Assembly: GCA_021161045.1 (NCBI GenBank)
Contig: JAGHBJ010000106.1
Span: 1-48,260 of the forward strand
Origin: Candidatus Bathyarchaeota archaeon
GTDB lineage: Archaea > Thermoproteota > Bathyarchaeia > TCS64 > B23
Length of the DNA stretch: 48,260 nt
Direction: 5' to 3'
Below the pieces are notes generated by a model. That model saw nothing but the letters and a program-made list of their open reading frames with translations, made no database searches and had not been told where the DNA came from. The position numbers were made by a program, and so were the translations under genes. Positions within the stretch are counted from its first letter, which is position 1. Each line of letters starts with the position of its first letter. Shown in pieces: positions 8,278-17,667 of the stretch.

Positions 8278-10047
8278 CTACAGCCCCTCCATTTGCCTCT
8301 CGGATGCTGAGAGATTCTCCCTCAGCTTCCTAGTAGCCTCGAGGTCTAACTCCATTGTCTCTGGATCGATGACAACTCCGTAATCCCTCCTCGCCGAGTC
8401 GAGTGAGACAAGGCCGTCGAGAACATCCCTGAGAACGAGCTTGGGATCCCTCTCAAGGGGGTTTCCATATCCTCCACCTCCAGGAGTCCTTATGACGAGT
8501 ATGTCTCCCCTCTCCATCCTAACCGTGCACTTCGATCTAAGCCTTATCGTTTCCCCGCTGGACTTAATGAGCAGATATTCCCCAGGAGCTCCAGGCTTGC
8601 CTCCGAATAGGCCCCATGGTGGAATCTTGCTCCTCTCAGCCAGTATGGAGAGTGTTGCCGAGGGAGCAAGGAGCATCCAGCTTCTCTCGATTCCACATCC
8701 ACCCCTCCACTTTCCAGGCCCCCCACTATCTCTCCTAAGACAATACCTCAGGAACCTTATTGGATAGTAGGATTCTATGGTCTCTATTGGGGTGTTCATC
8801 GTATTTGTCATGTGGACGTGTATCCCGTCGACGCCATCCATGCCGAGCCTAGCGCCATAGCCACCGGCTATAGTCTCATAGAATGTCCAGGGCTTCCCAG
8901 TCTCTGGGTCTATGCCCCCCACGGAGATGTTGTTCATCGTCCCTTGACCGGCTGCGCACACCCTCTCGGGCACGATCTTTGCGAATGCCCTGAGGAGGAC
9001 ATCGACATTCCTCTGGGATGTCTCTACGTTTCCACCCGCTACTGGGGCTGGTCTCCTAGGGTTTAGTAGGCATCCCTCAGGCACTATAACACTAACAGGC
9101 CTATAGCATCCATCGTTTATCGGAATGGTTGGGTCTGTTACACATATGAGCGTGAAGTAGATCCCTGATATCGTTACGCCGAGTGGGGCGTTTACAGGCC
9201 CCTCAACCTGTGGATCCGTCCCCGTGTAGTCGAAGGTTATATTCGTTCCCTTAATTGTTATCTTAACCTTAATTTTAACGGGCTCATCGCTGACGCCGGT
9301 ATCCTCCAGATAGTCCTCCGCCTCATAGGATCCCTCAGGCATCCTCCCGATCTCGGCTCTCATCCTACGCTCTGAATAATCCATTACAGCCTCCATGGCT
9401 GAGTGGAGCCTCTTAACCCCATACTTCTCGACGAGCTCTAGGATTCGCCTGGCGCCAAGATTGTTGGCGGCGATCTGAGCTCTGAGATCTCCCATTGTAA
9501 TCTTAGGGGTTCTAACGTTGCTGAGGATGAGTTCAGCAAGCTCTCCGTCGATCTCCCCAGCCTTAACGAACTTCACGGGTGGAATGATTATCCCCTCTTG
9601 GAAGAGTTCGGTCGCATCTCCGGCGAGGCTTCCAGGGGTCTTACCCCCGACATCTGAGTGGTGGGCCTTGTTGGCCACGTAGGCTACAAGCTCACCCTCA
9701 TGGTATACTGGGGCTATCAGCGTCATGTCTGGGAGGTGGGTTCCACTGTAGTAGGGGTCGTTGAAGAGTATCATATCTCCATCGCCTAGGGCTTCCCTGA
9801 AGTGCTCAAGGCCCATCTTGACGGCATATGACATCGATCCTAGGTGGACAGGTATGTGCTCAGCCTGAGCCACAAGCCTCCTCTTAGGGTCGAATATAGC
9901 GCAGGAGTGATCCATGCGCTCCTTGATGTTTGGGGAGTAGGCCGAATTCCTCAACGCTATCCCCATTTCCTCGGCTATGTAGGTTAGGGCACCCCTGACA
10001 ACCTCAAGGGTGACTGGGTCAACCTTCATGGCATCCCTCCCTCTCAA
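8278..10047 (-). CDS. hyuB: Hydantoinase B / 5-oxoprolinase family protein
   Basis: 589-aa ORF. The N-terminus (MKVDPVTLEVVRGAL...IAEEMG) and overall pattern are typical of HyuB. The likely true start is ATG at 10029. It overlaps the end of hyuA. Confidence 0.8.
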   Translation of the reverse strand: MRGRDAMKVDPVTLEVVRGALTYIAEEMGIALRNSAYSPNIKERMDHSCAIFDPKRRLVAQAEHIPVHLGSMSYAVKMGLEHFREALGDGDMILFNDPYYSGTHLPDMTLIAPVYHEGELVAYVANKAHHSDVGGKTPGSLAGDATELFQEGIIIPPVKFVKAGEIDGELAELILSNVRTPKITMGDLRAQIAANNLGARRILELVEKYGVKRLHSAMEAVMDYSERRMRAEIGRMPEGSYEAEDYLEDTGVSDEPVKIKVKITIKGTNITFDYTGTDPQVEGPVNAPLGVTISGIYFTLICVTDPTIPINDGCYRPVSVIVPEGCLLNPRRPAPVAGGNVETSQRNVDVLLRAFAKIVPERVCAAGQGTMNNISVGGIDPETGKPWTFYETIAGGYGARLGMDGVDGIHVHMTNTMNTPIETIESYYPIRFLRYCLRRDSGGPGKWRGGCGIERSWMLLAPSATLSILAERSKIPPWGLFGGKPGAPGEYLLIKSSGETIRLRSKCTVRMERGDILVIRTPGGGGYGNPLERDPKLVLRDVLDGLVSLDSARRDYGVVIDPETMELDLEATRKLRENLSASERQMEGL

Positions 10048-12118
10048 TCTTCAGATTCCCGTAACAGTCCACGAGGAGGCTCCAGCCTGGGTAGATGACC
10101 GTCGTGGAGTCATACTGCTCAACCACGAGAGGGCCATCAACCCTATTTCCAGGCTTCAATCTCTCACGCTGATATATGGGGCATCTCACATATTCGTCGG
10201 GGTCCTCGAAGTAGACCATCCTAAATCCCTTCAGGCTCTCCCTCGGTGGCTCAGCCTCTTCAAGTCTTCTCCTCCTCGGCTTAGGCTTCTCCATTAAGCC
10301 TATGGCTGTGAGCCTAATGTTCACGATTTCAACAGGCTCACTCCGCTCCATGTATCCATAGATGAGTCTATGTCTCTCATGGAATGAAGCCTCAAGCCTC
10401 TCAACCCCAGCCTCTGTTAAGGGGCGCTCAGCAGGTATCGTAAGCTCATATGATTGGCCAAGATACCTAGCGTCGACCTCACATATGAAAACGATATGGT
10501 CATCAGTGAAGCCATCCTTCTTAAGGGTCCTCCACCCCTCATGCTCAAGCTCCTTGAACAGCGTTTCAAGTCTCTCAGCCTCAACTTCATCCACCTTAGC
10601 CATTAACGCCCTGACAAAGGTGTATTTCACATCGGAGACGAGTAGGCCTAGGGCGGAGAATAGGCCTGGATTAATTGGAACGATTATCCTTGAGATTCCA
10701 AGCTCCTCAGCTAGGGCGCATGCATGCATTGGGCCTGCACCCCCAAAGGCTATGAGAGTGAAGTCCCTCGGGTCATACCCCCTCTCCACCGAGACTATCC
10801 TGAGAATCTTAGCCATGAGAGAGTTTGCAACTCTGATTATGCTTGAGGAGGCCTCGGAGACATCGATCCCAAGGGGCTCCGAAATCTCCCTCCTAACAGC
10901 CTCCTCGGCGAGCCTTCGATCGAGTCTGAGCCTCCCACCAATGAGGCTATTCGGAAGCCTCCCAAGTAGGAGGTTTGCATCGGTTATCGTCGGCTTCCCC
11001 CCTCCCAGCCCATAGCAGGCCGGTCCAGGATGCGCTCCAGCGCTTAAGGGTCCAACCCTAAGTGAGCCCCCCTCATCCACCCACGCTATCGTTCCACCTC
11101 CCGCGCTGCATTCAGCTAGGTCTATGAATGGAAACCTAACTGGGTATCCGCTCCCCTTGACAATTCTACCCTTATGCACTCTCCCCCCAACCTCGTATTC
11201 GGTCACCATCTCAGGCTTGCCCCCTCTCACAGCCCCAGCCTTCGCGGTTGTCCCACCCATGTCGAAGCTTAAGATGTCCCCTAGCCCTAGAAGTCTTCCA
11301 TAGAAGGTTGAGGCGACGACTCCGGAGGCTGGCCCAGATTCAACTATGCTGGCAGGCCTATGGGATACGTCCTCAGCTGGTGTAAGCCCACCGCTTGACT
11401 GCATTATATATAGGGGCGCCCTCACACCTATACGTCTCAAGCCTTCAAGCAGTCTCCCAATGTAGGTGTGAACTATTGGCATGAGAACCGCATTCACGAC
11501 TGCTGTGCTTATCCTCTCATATTCCCGGTATTCAGGTGAGACTTCACATGAGGCTGTGACGAAGACTCCAGGGCACTCAGACTCTATAATCTTCTTGACC
11601 TCGATCTCATGGATTGGATTCGCATAGGAGTTAAGAAAACCAATTGCAACGGTTTGGATGCCCTCCATCCTTATCTTCTCAGCTATGGATGAGACCTCCC
11701 TCCGGCTTAGGGGCTTAATAACTCTACCCTTCGAGTCTATCCTCTCATCAACCTCATATCTATCCCTTCTAGAAACCAGGGGTCTAGGCCTCCGGAAGAA
11801 CAGGTTATAAAGCTCAGGTCTTCTCTGCCTCCCGATCTCGATCACATCCCTAAAGCCTCTCGTCGTTATCAGGGCGGCCCTAGGGAGTTCAAGCTCAAGC
11901 TGTCCAAATAAGGCGTTTGTCGCTATCGTTGTGGCGTGGACAACCATCGAAACCTCCTCGGGTCTATGGGACTCGAGAAACCTCCTGAAGGCTTCGAGAA
12001 CCCCAGCTTCAGGTCTCCTCGGCGTCGTTGGAACCTTGATGTTCGTCAAGTTTCCCTCCTCATCCATCGCAACGAGATCCGTGAATGTACCCCCTATGTC
12101 TACGCTGACCCTGAACAT
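10019..12118 (-). CDS. hyuA: Hydantoinase A / 5-oxoprolinase family protein
   Basis: 699-aa ORF. The N-terminal VDIGGTFTDLV and the later DMGGTTAK are actin-fold ATPase motifs typical of HyuA. Confidence 0.8.
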   Translation of the reverse strand: MFRVSVDIGGTFTDLVAMDEEGNLTNIKVPTTPRRPEAGVLEAFRRFLESHRPEEVSMVVHATTIATNALFGQLELELPRAALITTRGFRDVIEIGRQRRPELYNLFFRRPRPLVSRRDRYEVDERIDSKGRVIKPLSRREVSSIAEKIRMEGIQTVAIGFLNSYANPIHEIEVKKIIESECPGVFVTASCEVSPEYREYERISTAVVNAVLMPIVHTYIGRLLEGLRRIGVRAPLYIMQSSGGLTPAEDVSHRPASIVESGPASGVVASTFYGRLLGLGDILSFDMGGTTAKAGAVRGGKPEMVTEYEVGGRVHKGRIVKGSGYPVRFPFIDLAECSAGGGTIAWVDEGGSLRVGPLSAGAHPGPACYGLGGGKPTITDANLLLGRLPNSLIGGRLRLDRRLAEEAVRREISEPLGIDVSEASSSIIRVANSLMAKILRIVSVERGYDPRDFTLIAFGGAGPMHACALAEELGISRIIVPINPGLFSALGLLVSDVKYTFVRALMAKVDEVEAERLETLFKELEHEGWRTLKKDGFTDDHIVFICEVDARYLGQSYELTIPAERPLTEAGVERLEASFHERHRLIYGYMERSEPVEIVNIRLTAIGLMEKPKPRRRRLEEAEPPRESLKGFRMVYFEDPDEYVRCPIYQRERLKPGNRVDGPLVVEQYDSTTVIYPGWSLLVDCYGNLKIEREGCHEG

Positions 12119-12505
12119 CCCAAACCCTCCTTCGAGTGAAAGTTATTAATACTTAGTAGTGTTGTCTGGATGCTGGCTGTGAAGGGTAAGACCATCAGAG
12201 CTGCCACCTTCATCGAGAGGGCCGTGGGGAGACAGAGTACATCTACAACAGCTGCTTCATGAAGCAACTCGACAGGGCTAGGGACACCATCTGGGGGAGG
12301 GATACGAGGAGGGATATAGGATTGGATACGAGGATGATCCCTCAAAGAACATCTCTTTCCATAATTACTGAAAAGGGATTAAGGATAATGAGATAAATAT
12401 GATTATCGAATTTTAAGGTGCATCAAATCGAAGTAATAAAAACAGTGAAGCTCTTCTCCTTTAAAATTTAAAAATCCTTCAGCCAATTAAATTATGGTGG
12501 TTTAG

Positions 12506-12853
12506 ATGAAGGAATTAAAGAAAAATGATATGTGGGAATTAATCCTTGGGGCGGCAGCACTAGCAACTGGAGGTGGGGCCTCAGCGTTAACTTACGAGGA
12601 ATTCAATGAGCTAGTAGATCCTGTGTTAGAGCAGGGATTTAAACCAAGGCTTATAGATCCAAAGGAAATTAAAGATGATGACTTGGTCTTTATGAATATA
12701 GGCTGTGGAGGCGGTATAGAAAGAGAGTATCAGGAGAGATACATGAGAAGATATTTCCCACCAGGTGGATGGTATAAACAACTAGATTTAATATATCCAT
12801 TAAATAGTTGGAGCAAGAAGGAGGATGTGAGAGCTACAGGGGGGGCATCTTAA
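12506..12853 (+). CDS. DUF917 (hydantoinase-associated) protein, N-terminal fragment
   Basis: 115-aa ORF with the LGAAALATGGG motif typical of the DUF917 N-terminus. It ends just after a G7 run (12839-12845). Confidence 0.6.
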   Translation: MKELKKNDMWELILGAAALATGGGASALTYEEFNELVDPVLEQGFKPRLIDPKEIKDDDLVFMNIGCGGGIEREYQERYMRRYFPPGGWYKQLDLIYPLNSWSKKEDVRATGGAS

Positions 12854-12884
12854 AAAGTTAGAGGAACTGGTAGGTGGCAAGCCC

Positions 12885-13691
12885 GTGGCCTATCTACCCT
12901 TTGAGGTAGGGCCATTAGACATCTATCAATTGGTTGACGCAGCTAAGAGGGGCGTTCCCCTCATCGACGCGGACTGTGCAGGTTATAGAGCCGTGCCGGA
13001 GCTCTCCCTCACGGGTCTAAACATAATTGACGCCCCGATCACCCCCTACATCATCGGCACCTCCTGGGGGGATATAATCGTAGGAGTGCAGGTTCTAAGC
13101 CATCAACGATTCGAGGATATCTGCCGGGCTATCGCAAATATATCCGGGGGAGGATGTGCGCCAGCCATAGCTCTAAGAGGTGAGATGGTTAGGAAGGGAA
13201 CAGCCCATAACACGATAAGTCTTGCGATTGATGTTGGTAAAGCTATCATAAAGGCGAGAGAAAGTGGAGATGATCCAGTTGAAGCTATCCTGAGGGTTAC
13301 AAAGGGATACAAAATATTTGAGGGGAAAATAGCTGGCTTCACCACTGAGAGAAAAGGCGCCTTTACATGGGGAAATATATGGATTGAGGGGTCAAGGGAA
13401 TTTGAGGGGAAGACTTTAAGGATCTGGTATAAAAATGAGAATCAGATCAGCTGGATAGATGAGAAACCATATGTAACATGTCCAGATCCCTTTACAGTGA
13501 TCGAAAAAGAGACTGGATTGGGGCTGTCAAACTTCAGACCTGAATGGTGGGTTCTCGGAAAGGAGGTAGCCGTCATCGGAATGAAGGCGTGGGATCTATG
13601 GAGAACCGAGAGAGGATTAAGGATCTATAATCCAAAACACTTCGGCTTCGATATAGAGTATGTCCCAATAGAGGAAAGATGTTCTCATTAG
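12885..13691 (+). CDS. DUF917 protein, C-terminal fragment
   Basis: 268-aa ORF. Its frame is open upstream to 12831 and there reads ELQGGHLKKLEELVGGKPVAYLPFEVGP...IDADCAGYRAVPE, which continues the DUF917 fold directly from the upstream fragment. Confidence 0.6.
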   Translation: MAYLPFEVGPLDIYQLVDAAKRGVPLIDADCAGYRAVPELSLTGLNIIDAPITPYIIGTSWGDIIVGVQVLSHQRFEDICRAIANISGGGCAPAIALRGEMVRKGTAHNTISLAIDVGKAIIKARESGDDPVEAILRVTKGYKIFEGKIAGFTTERKGAFTWGNIWIEGSREFEGKTLRIWYKNENQISWIDEKPYVTCPDPFTVIEKETGLGLSNFRPEWWVLGKEVAVIGMKAWDLWRTERGLRIYNPKHFGFDIEYVPIEERCSH

Positions 13692-13779
13692 GCTGGCTTA
13701 TCTAGAGCGAGGAAGCTTCTCTTCACCCCTTTTCCTTTTACACTCTCATCTCGGATCATTCCATCATGCTTAAGGCCTT

Positions 13780-16275
13780 TTGGAGTCTATCTCAGCTGAT
13801 ATGGGTGAGCGATGGGTTCACACCGCCTGTGCTATGTGTGTAGGTGCCCCGATGAGGGTTAAGGTGAGGGATGGGCGAGTCGTCGACGTCAGGGGTGAGG
13901 AGCTACCTGGATGGGATGGACGGCTGTGTGGCAAGGCCTTCGCCGGAATCTTAGGCCGGGTCTACGCTCCAGATCGGATTCTACAGCCTTTAAAACGGAT
14001 TGGGGAGAGGGGTGAGGGGAGGTTTATTCCCTGTACATGGGATGAGGTCATCGAGGCCGTCGCGGAGAGGTTAAAACGTTACATCCAGGAGGGTCATCCG
14101 GAGAGCTTTGAGATATGGTGGGGATGTCCAAGGCAGCAGGATAACATGTATTTCATACATTACTGGAGCGCCGTCATGGGGACTGGAATATCCTACATCC
14201 ATGGCCAAGTCTGCTTTGGGGATCACCTCGTGGAGAAGGTTGTCACCTTCGGCGGGAATCATGCTTCAAGCCTCGTCGTTGGCGTGGCCGACCTATTGAG
14301 GACGAGGATCGCCGTGATAGCGGGGCAAAACTTCCCTGGGACAACTCTCTTCGCATCTTCCTGCGCCGTTCCAACCTACGCCCTCGTAAATGAGGCGAGG
14401 AGGAGGGGCTGTAGATTCATAGTTGTCGACCCAAAGCTCAGTGACACCTCTCCCTGGTGCGATGAGTGGATACCGATACGGCCTGGCTGCGACGCTGTGA
14501 TGGTGATGCTGATGATCAAGACGCTGATCGATGAGGCCTTGATCGATGAGGATTTCCTACTGAGGTATACGAATGCCCCCCAGCTCATAGGGGAGGATGG
14601 GAAGGCCGTGCGGGATGGGGAGGGGCGCTACCTCGCTTGGGATGAGGAGTCCTCAGCTCCCACGCCTCTACCACCCGCCGGTGAGAGAGGTGGCATCACC
14701 CTCGGCCTGGGGAGAATCTTCGAGGTTGAGGGCGTCAATGGGCCGGTTAGATGTAAGACTGCTCTACAACTCCTCTATGAGGAGGCTGAGAGAACCGTCA
14801 GGGAGCATGGATGGAGGATAGCGGAGATAAGGGAGCGAGTAATCCAACTCGCCCTAGAGCTAGGCGCGAATAGGCCTTCAGTGGTGGTCTACCCCGGCTT
14901 CACTTCCGGGAGATATTCAAATTGGTTCCAGACCCTAAGGGCCTACAGCGCCCTCAATCTTCTTTTGGGCAACATCGATAGGCCAGGTGGCTTCTATATA
15001 TTGAAGCATGCCTACAACCTCGGGGTTGGATGGCCGAGGCCTCCAGAGGTTCCAGACTATCTAGAGGGGAGGGAATTCGTCCCAGGGCCGTGGGGAAACC
15101 TTATGGATAAGAGGTCAATCGATAAGGCTCCATGTTATAAGACTCCGAGAGATTTTCATCCCTCAACTCAGGCTTTACCCTGGCTTCACTTCAAGGCCAT
15201 AGAGGAGGGGAAGATCAGGGCGATATTATCGACGGCGGAGAACTCCGCGGTAACCCAGCCTGATTCCAAATGGGTTTGGGAGTGTCTTAAGAAGCTCGAC
15301 CTCATCGTAGTCGGGGATCAGCTTCCCAAGGAGTTCATAGATCTCGCCGACTACGTCATCCCAGAGGCATCCTACATAGAGAGATTCCATCTATATCAGA
15401 GGAGTTATCTAGGCGTCGATGATCGAGAGCATCTCATCATATACATGCGCTCAGCGGCAATACCCCCACAGGGAGACTCAAAGCCTCTAAGCTGGTTCCT
15501 CATAAAGGTGGCTGAGAGGCTTGGGATGAACCGCTTCTTCAAGAATCTAGACCTGGAGTATGAATGGTGGGATAGGATGCTGAAGGAGGCAGGTCTCTAT
15601 CCAAGGGTTACCAGCAGAAAGCTCATCGAGGAAGGCCCCTACCATGAGAGTCATCCCCTAGAGTATAATGTGCTCTTCAAGCCTATAGGGACGAGGAGTG
15701 GGAGATTCGAGATATATTCAAATGAGCTGTCAGAGGAGTGTTACCATAACCCCAAGTCGCGGTGGTTTGGAAATCCCCATGTTTACCCTATACCGCGATA
15801 CATCCCGATAGCGGAGCCGAGGGGGAGGGACGAATTCTATCTGATAGGGGGTAAAGCCGTATGGCATCAGAAGAGTGCAACTCAGCATAACAGGGCGTTG
15901 ATGGAGGATGCCATAGAGGCTGGATGCCCCTATACGGCGATATACATAAACGCAGAGAGGGCGGGGAAGCTGGGTCTACGAGATGGAGACCTCGTGGAGC
16001 TCGAATGTATTGGGCCTAGAAGCGAGGACGATCCCTGCGTAATAGATGAGAGAGCGATAGGGGTGAGGGAGAGGGGGAGGATAAGGTTGACGGAGGCCCT
16101 CCATCCAGACGCCCTCTGGATATACTTCGCAGCCGGACATAGGTCGAGGCTTATGCTGAAGAAGGCTGGGGAGGGCGTGGTGATGAATATGCTAATACCC
16201 TACAGCGTCTCCCCCTACGCAGGGGGATGCGGAAAAAACTACTCCATCGTGAAGCTGAGGAGGGTGGAAGATTGA
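13780..16275 (+). CDS. Molybdopterin (bis-MGD) oxidoreductase catalytic subunit, DMSO-reductase superfamily, no Tat signal
   Basis: 831-aa ORF. The N-terminal HTACAMCVGAP...LCGKA is a partial FS0 Cys motif. The size and C-terminal beta-barrel-like region are typical of the family. Confidence 0.7.
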   Translation: MESISADMGERWVHTACAMCVGAPMRVKVRDGRVVDVRGEELPGWDGRLCGKAFAGILGRVYAPDRILQPLKRIGERGEGRFIPCTWDEVIEAVAERLKRYIQEGHPESFEIWWGCPRQQDNMYFIHYWSAVMGTGISYIHGQVCFGDHLVEKVVTFGGNHASSLVVGVADLLRTRIAVIAGQNFPGTTLFASSCAVPTYALVNEARRRGCRFIVVDPKLSDTSPWCDEWIPIRPGCDAVMVMLMIKTLIDEALIDEDFLLRYTNAPQLIGEDGKAVRDGEGRYLAWDEESSAPTPLPPAGERGGITLGLGRIFEVEGVNGPVRCKTALQLLYEEAERTVREHGWRIAEIRERVIQLALELGANRPSVVVYPGFTSGRYSNWFQTLRAYSALNLLLGNIDRPGGFYILKHAYNLGVGWPRPPEVPDYLEGREFVPGPWGNLMDKRSIDKAPCYKTPRDFHPSTQALPWLHFKAIEEGKIRAILSTAENSAVTQPDSKWVWECLKKLDLIVVGDQLPKEFIDLADYVIPEASYIERFHLYQRSYLGVDDREHLIIYMRSAAIPPQGDSKPLSWFLIKVAERLGMNRFFKNLDLEYEWWDRMLKEAGLYPRVTSRKLIEEGPYHESHPLEYNVLFKPIGTRSGRFEIYSNELSEECYHNPKSRWFGNPHVYPIPRYIPIAEPRGRDEFYLIGGKAVWHQKSATQHNRALMEDAIEAGCPYTAIYINAERAGKLGLRDGDLVELECIGPRSEDDPCVIDERAIGVRERGRIRLTEALHPDALWIYFAAGHRSRLMLKKAGEGVVMNMLIPYSVSPYAGGCGKNYSIVKLRRVED

Positions 16276-16940
16276 CCAGATATGCCTTGATATTCAACCT
16301 GAATAGATGTGTGAGATGTAGAACCTGCTATATCGCCTGTAAATGGGAGCATGGAATCCCCTTCCATCCTAGGGATGAGGCGCATCCACGGGAGTATTAT
16401 CGACTGAGATACGCCTCATGGGAGTGGGGCTCCTACCCAGATGTGAGGAGGGCTCACATACCCATAATATGTATGCACTGCGACGATCCCATCTGCATAG
16501 ACTTCTGTCCAACCCAGGCGATAGTTAAACGGGGGGATGGGATAGTATATGTCGATAAGGAGAGATGCAATGGATGCGGCGTCTGCGTCCACGTCTGCCC
16601 CTATGGAGCCCTCTATATAGGGCCGGATGGGAAGGCTGATGGATGTGATCTCTGCGTCGATAGGGTGGATTCGGGTTTGGAGCCGAGATGTGTTGAGGAA
16701 TGCCCTGCCAGGGCGATAATCTTCGGAGACCTCGACGATGAGGAGGGACAGGCTCATAGGCTTGTATCCTCTGGGGAGGCGAGGCCACTTCTCCTCGATG
16801 GCGTTAAGGGGACATCGGTATACTATGTGCCGTCTAGAAATGAGCGGTGGGATGAGCTGCCGAGGGATATGAATTTCCTGAAGGCGCTGGGGGAGAGGAA
16901 GAGAGACCTACCGCCGATCAAGGGCCTAATCCGAGGTTGA
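16272..16940 (+). CDS. 4Fe-4S ferredoxin-type electron-transfer subunit (DmsB/PsrB-like)
   Basis: It has multiple CxxCxxCxxxCP clusters (CVRCRTCYIAC, CMHCDDPICIDFCP, CNGCGVCVHVCP, CDLC...CVEECP). The track ORF starts at 16227. A TTG at 16272 overlaps the upstream TGA (TTGA) and precedes the conserved LTRYALIFNLNRC. Confidence 0.75.
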   Translation: MTRYALIFNLNRCVRCRTCYIACKWEHGIPFHPRDEAHPREYYRLRYASWEWGSYPDVRRAHIPIICMHCDDPICIDFCPTQAIVKRGDGIVYVDKERCNGCGVCVHVCPYGALYIGPDGKADGCDLCVDRVDSGLEPRCVEECPARAIIFGDLDDEEGQAHRLVSSGEARPLLLDGVKGTSVYYVPSRNERWDELPRDMNFLKALGERKRDLPPIKGLIRG

Positions 16941-17667
16941 TGGCGTTCCTCAGGAGACATAGGGTTCCCAGCTCCTTTGGATCCACTCCGCCTTCGCTGC
17001 TACCCTCGGGGTGGGGGCTGAATAGGATGACGAGGCCCTCACCATATCGAGCTGAGACTATCGCAGCAGAGCCATCCTCATAGACTGCTATAACCTCCAC
17101 ACCCCTACCGGCCATCATGTGAGGCCCATTCTGATACCAGATCCTAATCCGCTTAGGGCATCCCTCCACCAAGGGGTGATCCGGATCGACAACCCTTATC
17201 TCAACGACGCCGATACCCCGCATCCTCATATTGGTTACATTGATGATGCCCAGCCCCTCAGGTCGCCCTGGAACCTCAACTCTCTCCGCAGCCATGTAGG
17301 CTCCGGCGCAGATGCCGATGTAAAGGCCTCCACCCCTGACAAAGTTCCTGATCTCCTTCAGTCCCTGGGGGGCGAGGGCTGAGACCATCTCTGCTGTGTA
17401 TCCCCCTGGAATTATCAGCACCCTACACCCCTTCTCCAGTCCTCCGCGGTGGATATAGTCCTCATCGATCTCCCTATAGGGGATTTTAAGCATCCTAAGG
17501 GCCTTCTCCACGTCTCCAGCTAGAACGGCTCCAGAGCCTGCGTAGACATAGACCTCAGCCTTCTCATGATGGATCCCAACACTCATAGCTACACCGATAG
17601 CGATGAGGAGGACGGCTAGAAAAATTAGATGTCTCCACCTCATCTCTATAGCTTCTTCAGTATCCAC
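16918..17667 (-). CDS. Membrane-anchored class-I glutamine-amidotransferase-like / BPL_N-like domain protein
   Basis: 249-aa ORF with an N-terminal TM helix. The motifs VLIIPGGY...FVRGGGLYIGICAGAYMA are typical of the GATase1-like BPL_N fold. Confidence 0.45.
   Translation of the reverse strand: MDTEEAIEMRWRHLIFLAVLLIAIGVAMSVGIHHEKAEVYVYAGSGAVLAGDVEKALRMLKIPYREIDEDYIHRGGLEKGCRVLIIPGGYTAEMVSALAPQGLKEIRNFVRGGGLYIGICAGAYMAAERVEVPGRPEGLGIINVTNMRMRGIGVVEIRVVDPDHPLVEGCPKRIRIWYQNGPHMMAGRGVEVIAVYEDGSAAIVSARYGEGLVILFSPHPEGSSEGGVDPKELGTLCLLRNAINLGLGP

Noticed and set aside
12100-12345. 81-aa minus-strand ORF overlapping the hyuA start.
   Set aside because: It is Pro/Leu-rich with no motif. It overlaps the hyuA 5' end and runs through the repeat-containing intergenic block, so it is most likely spurious.
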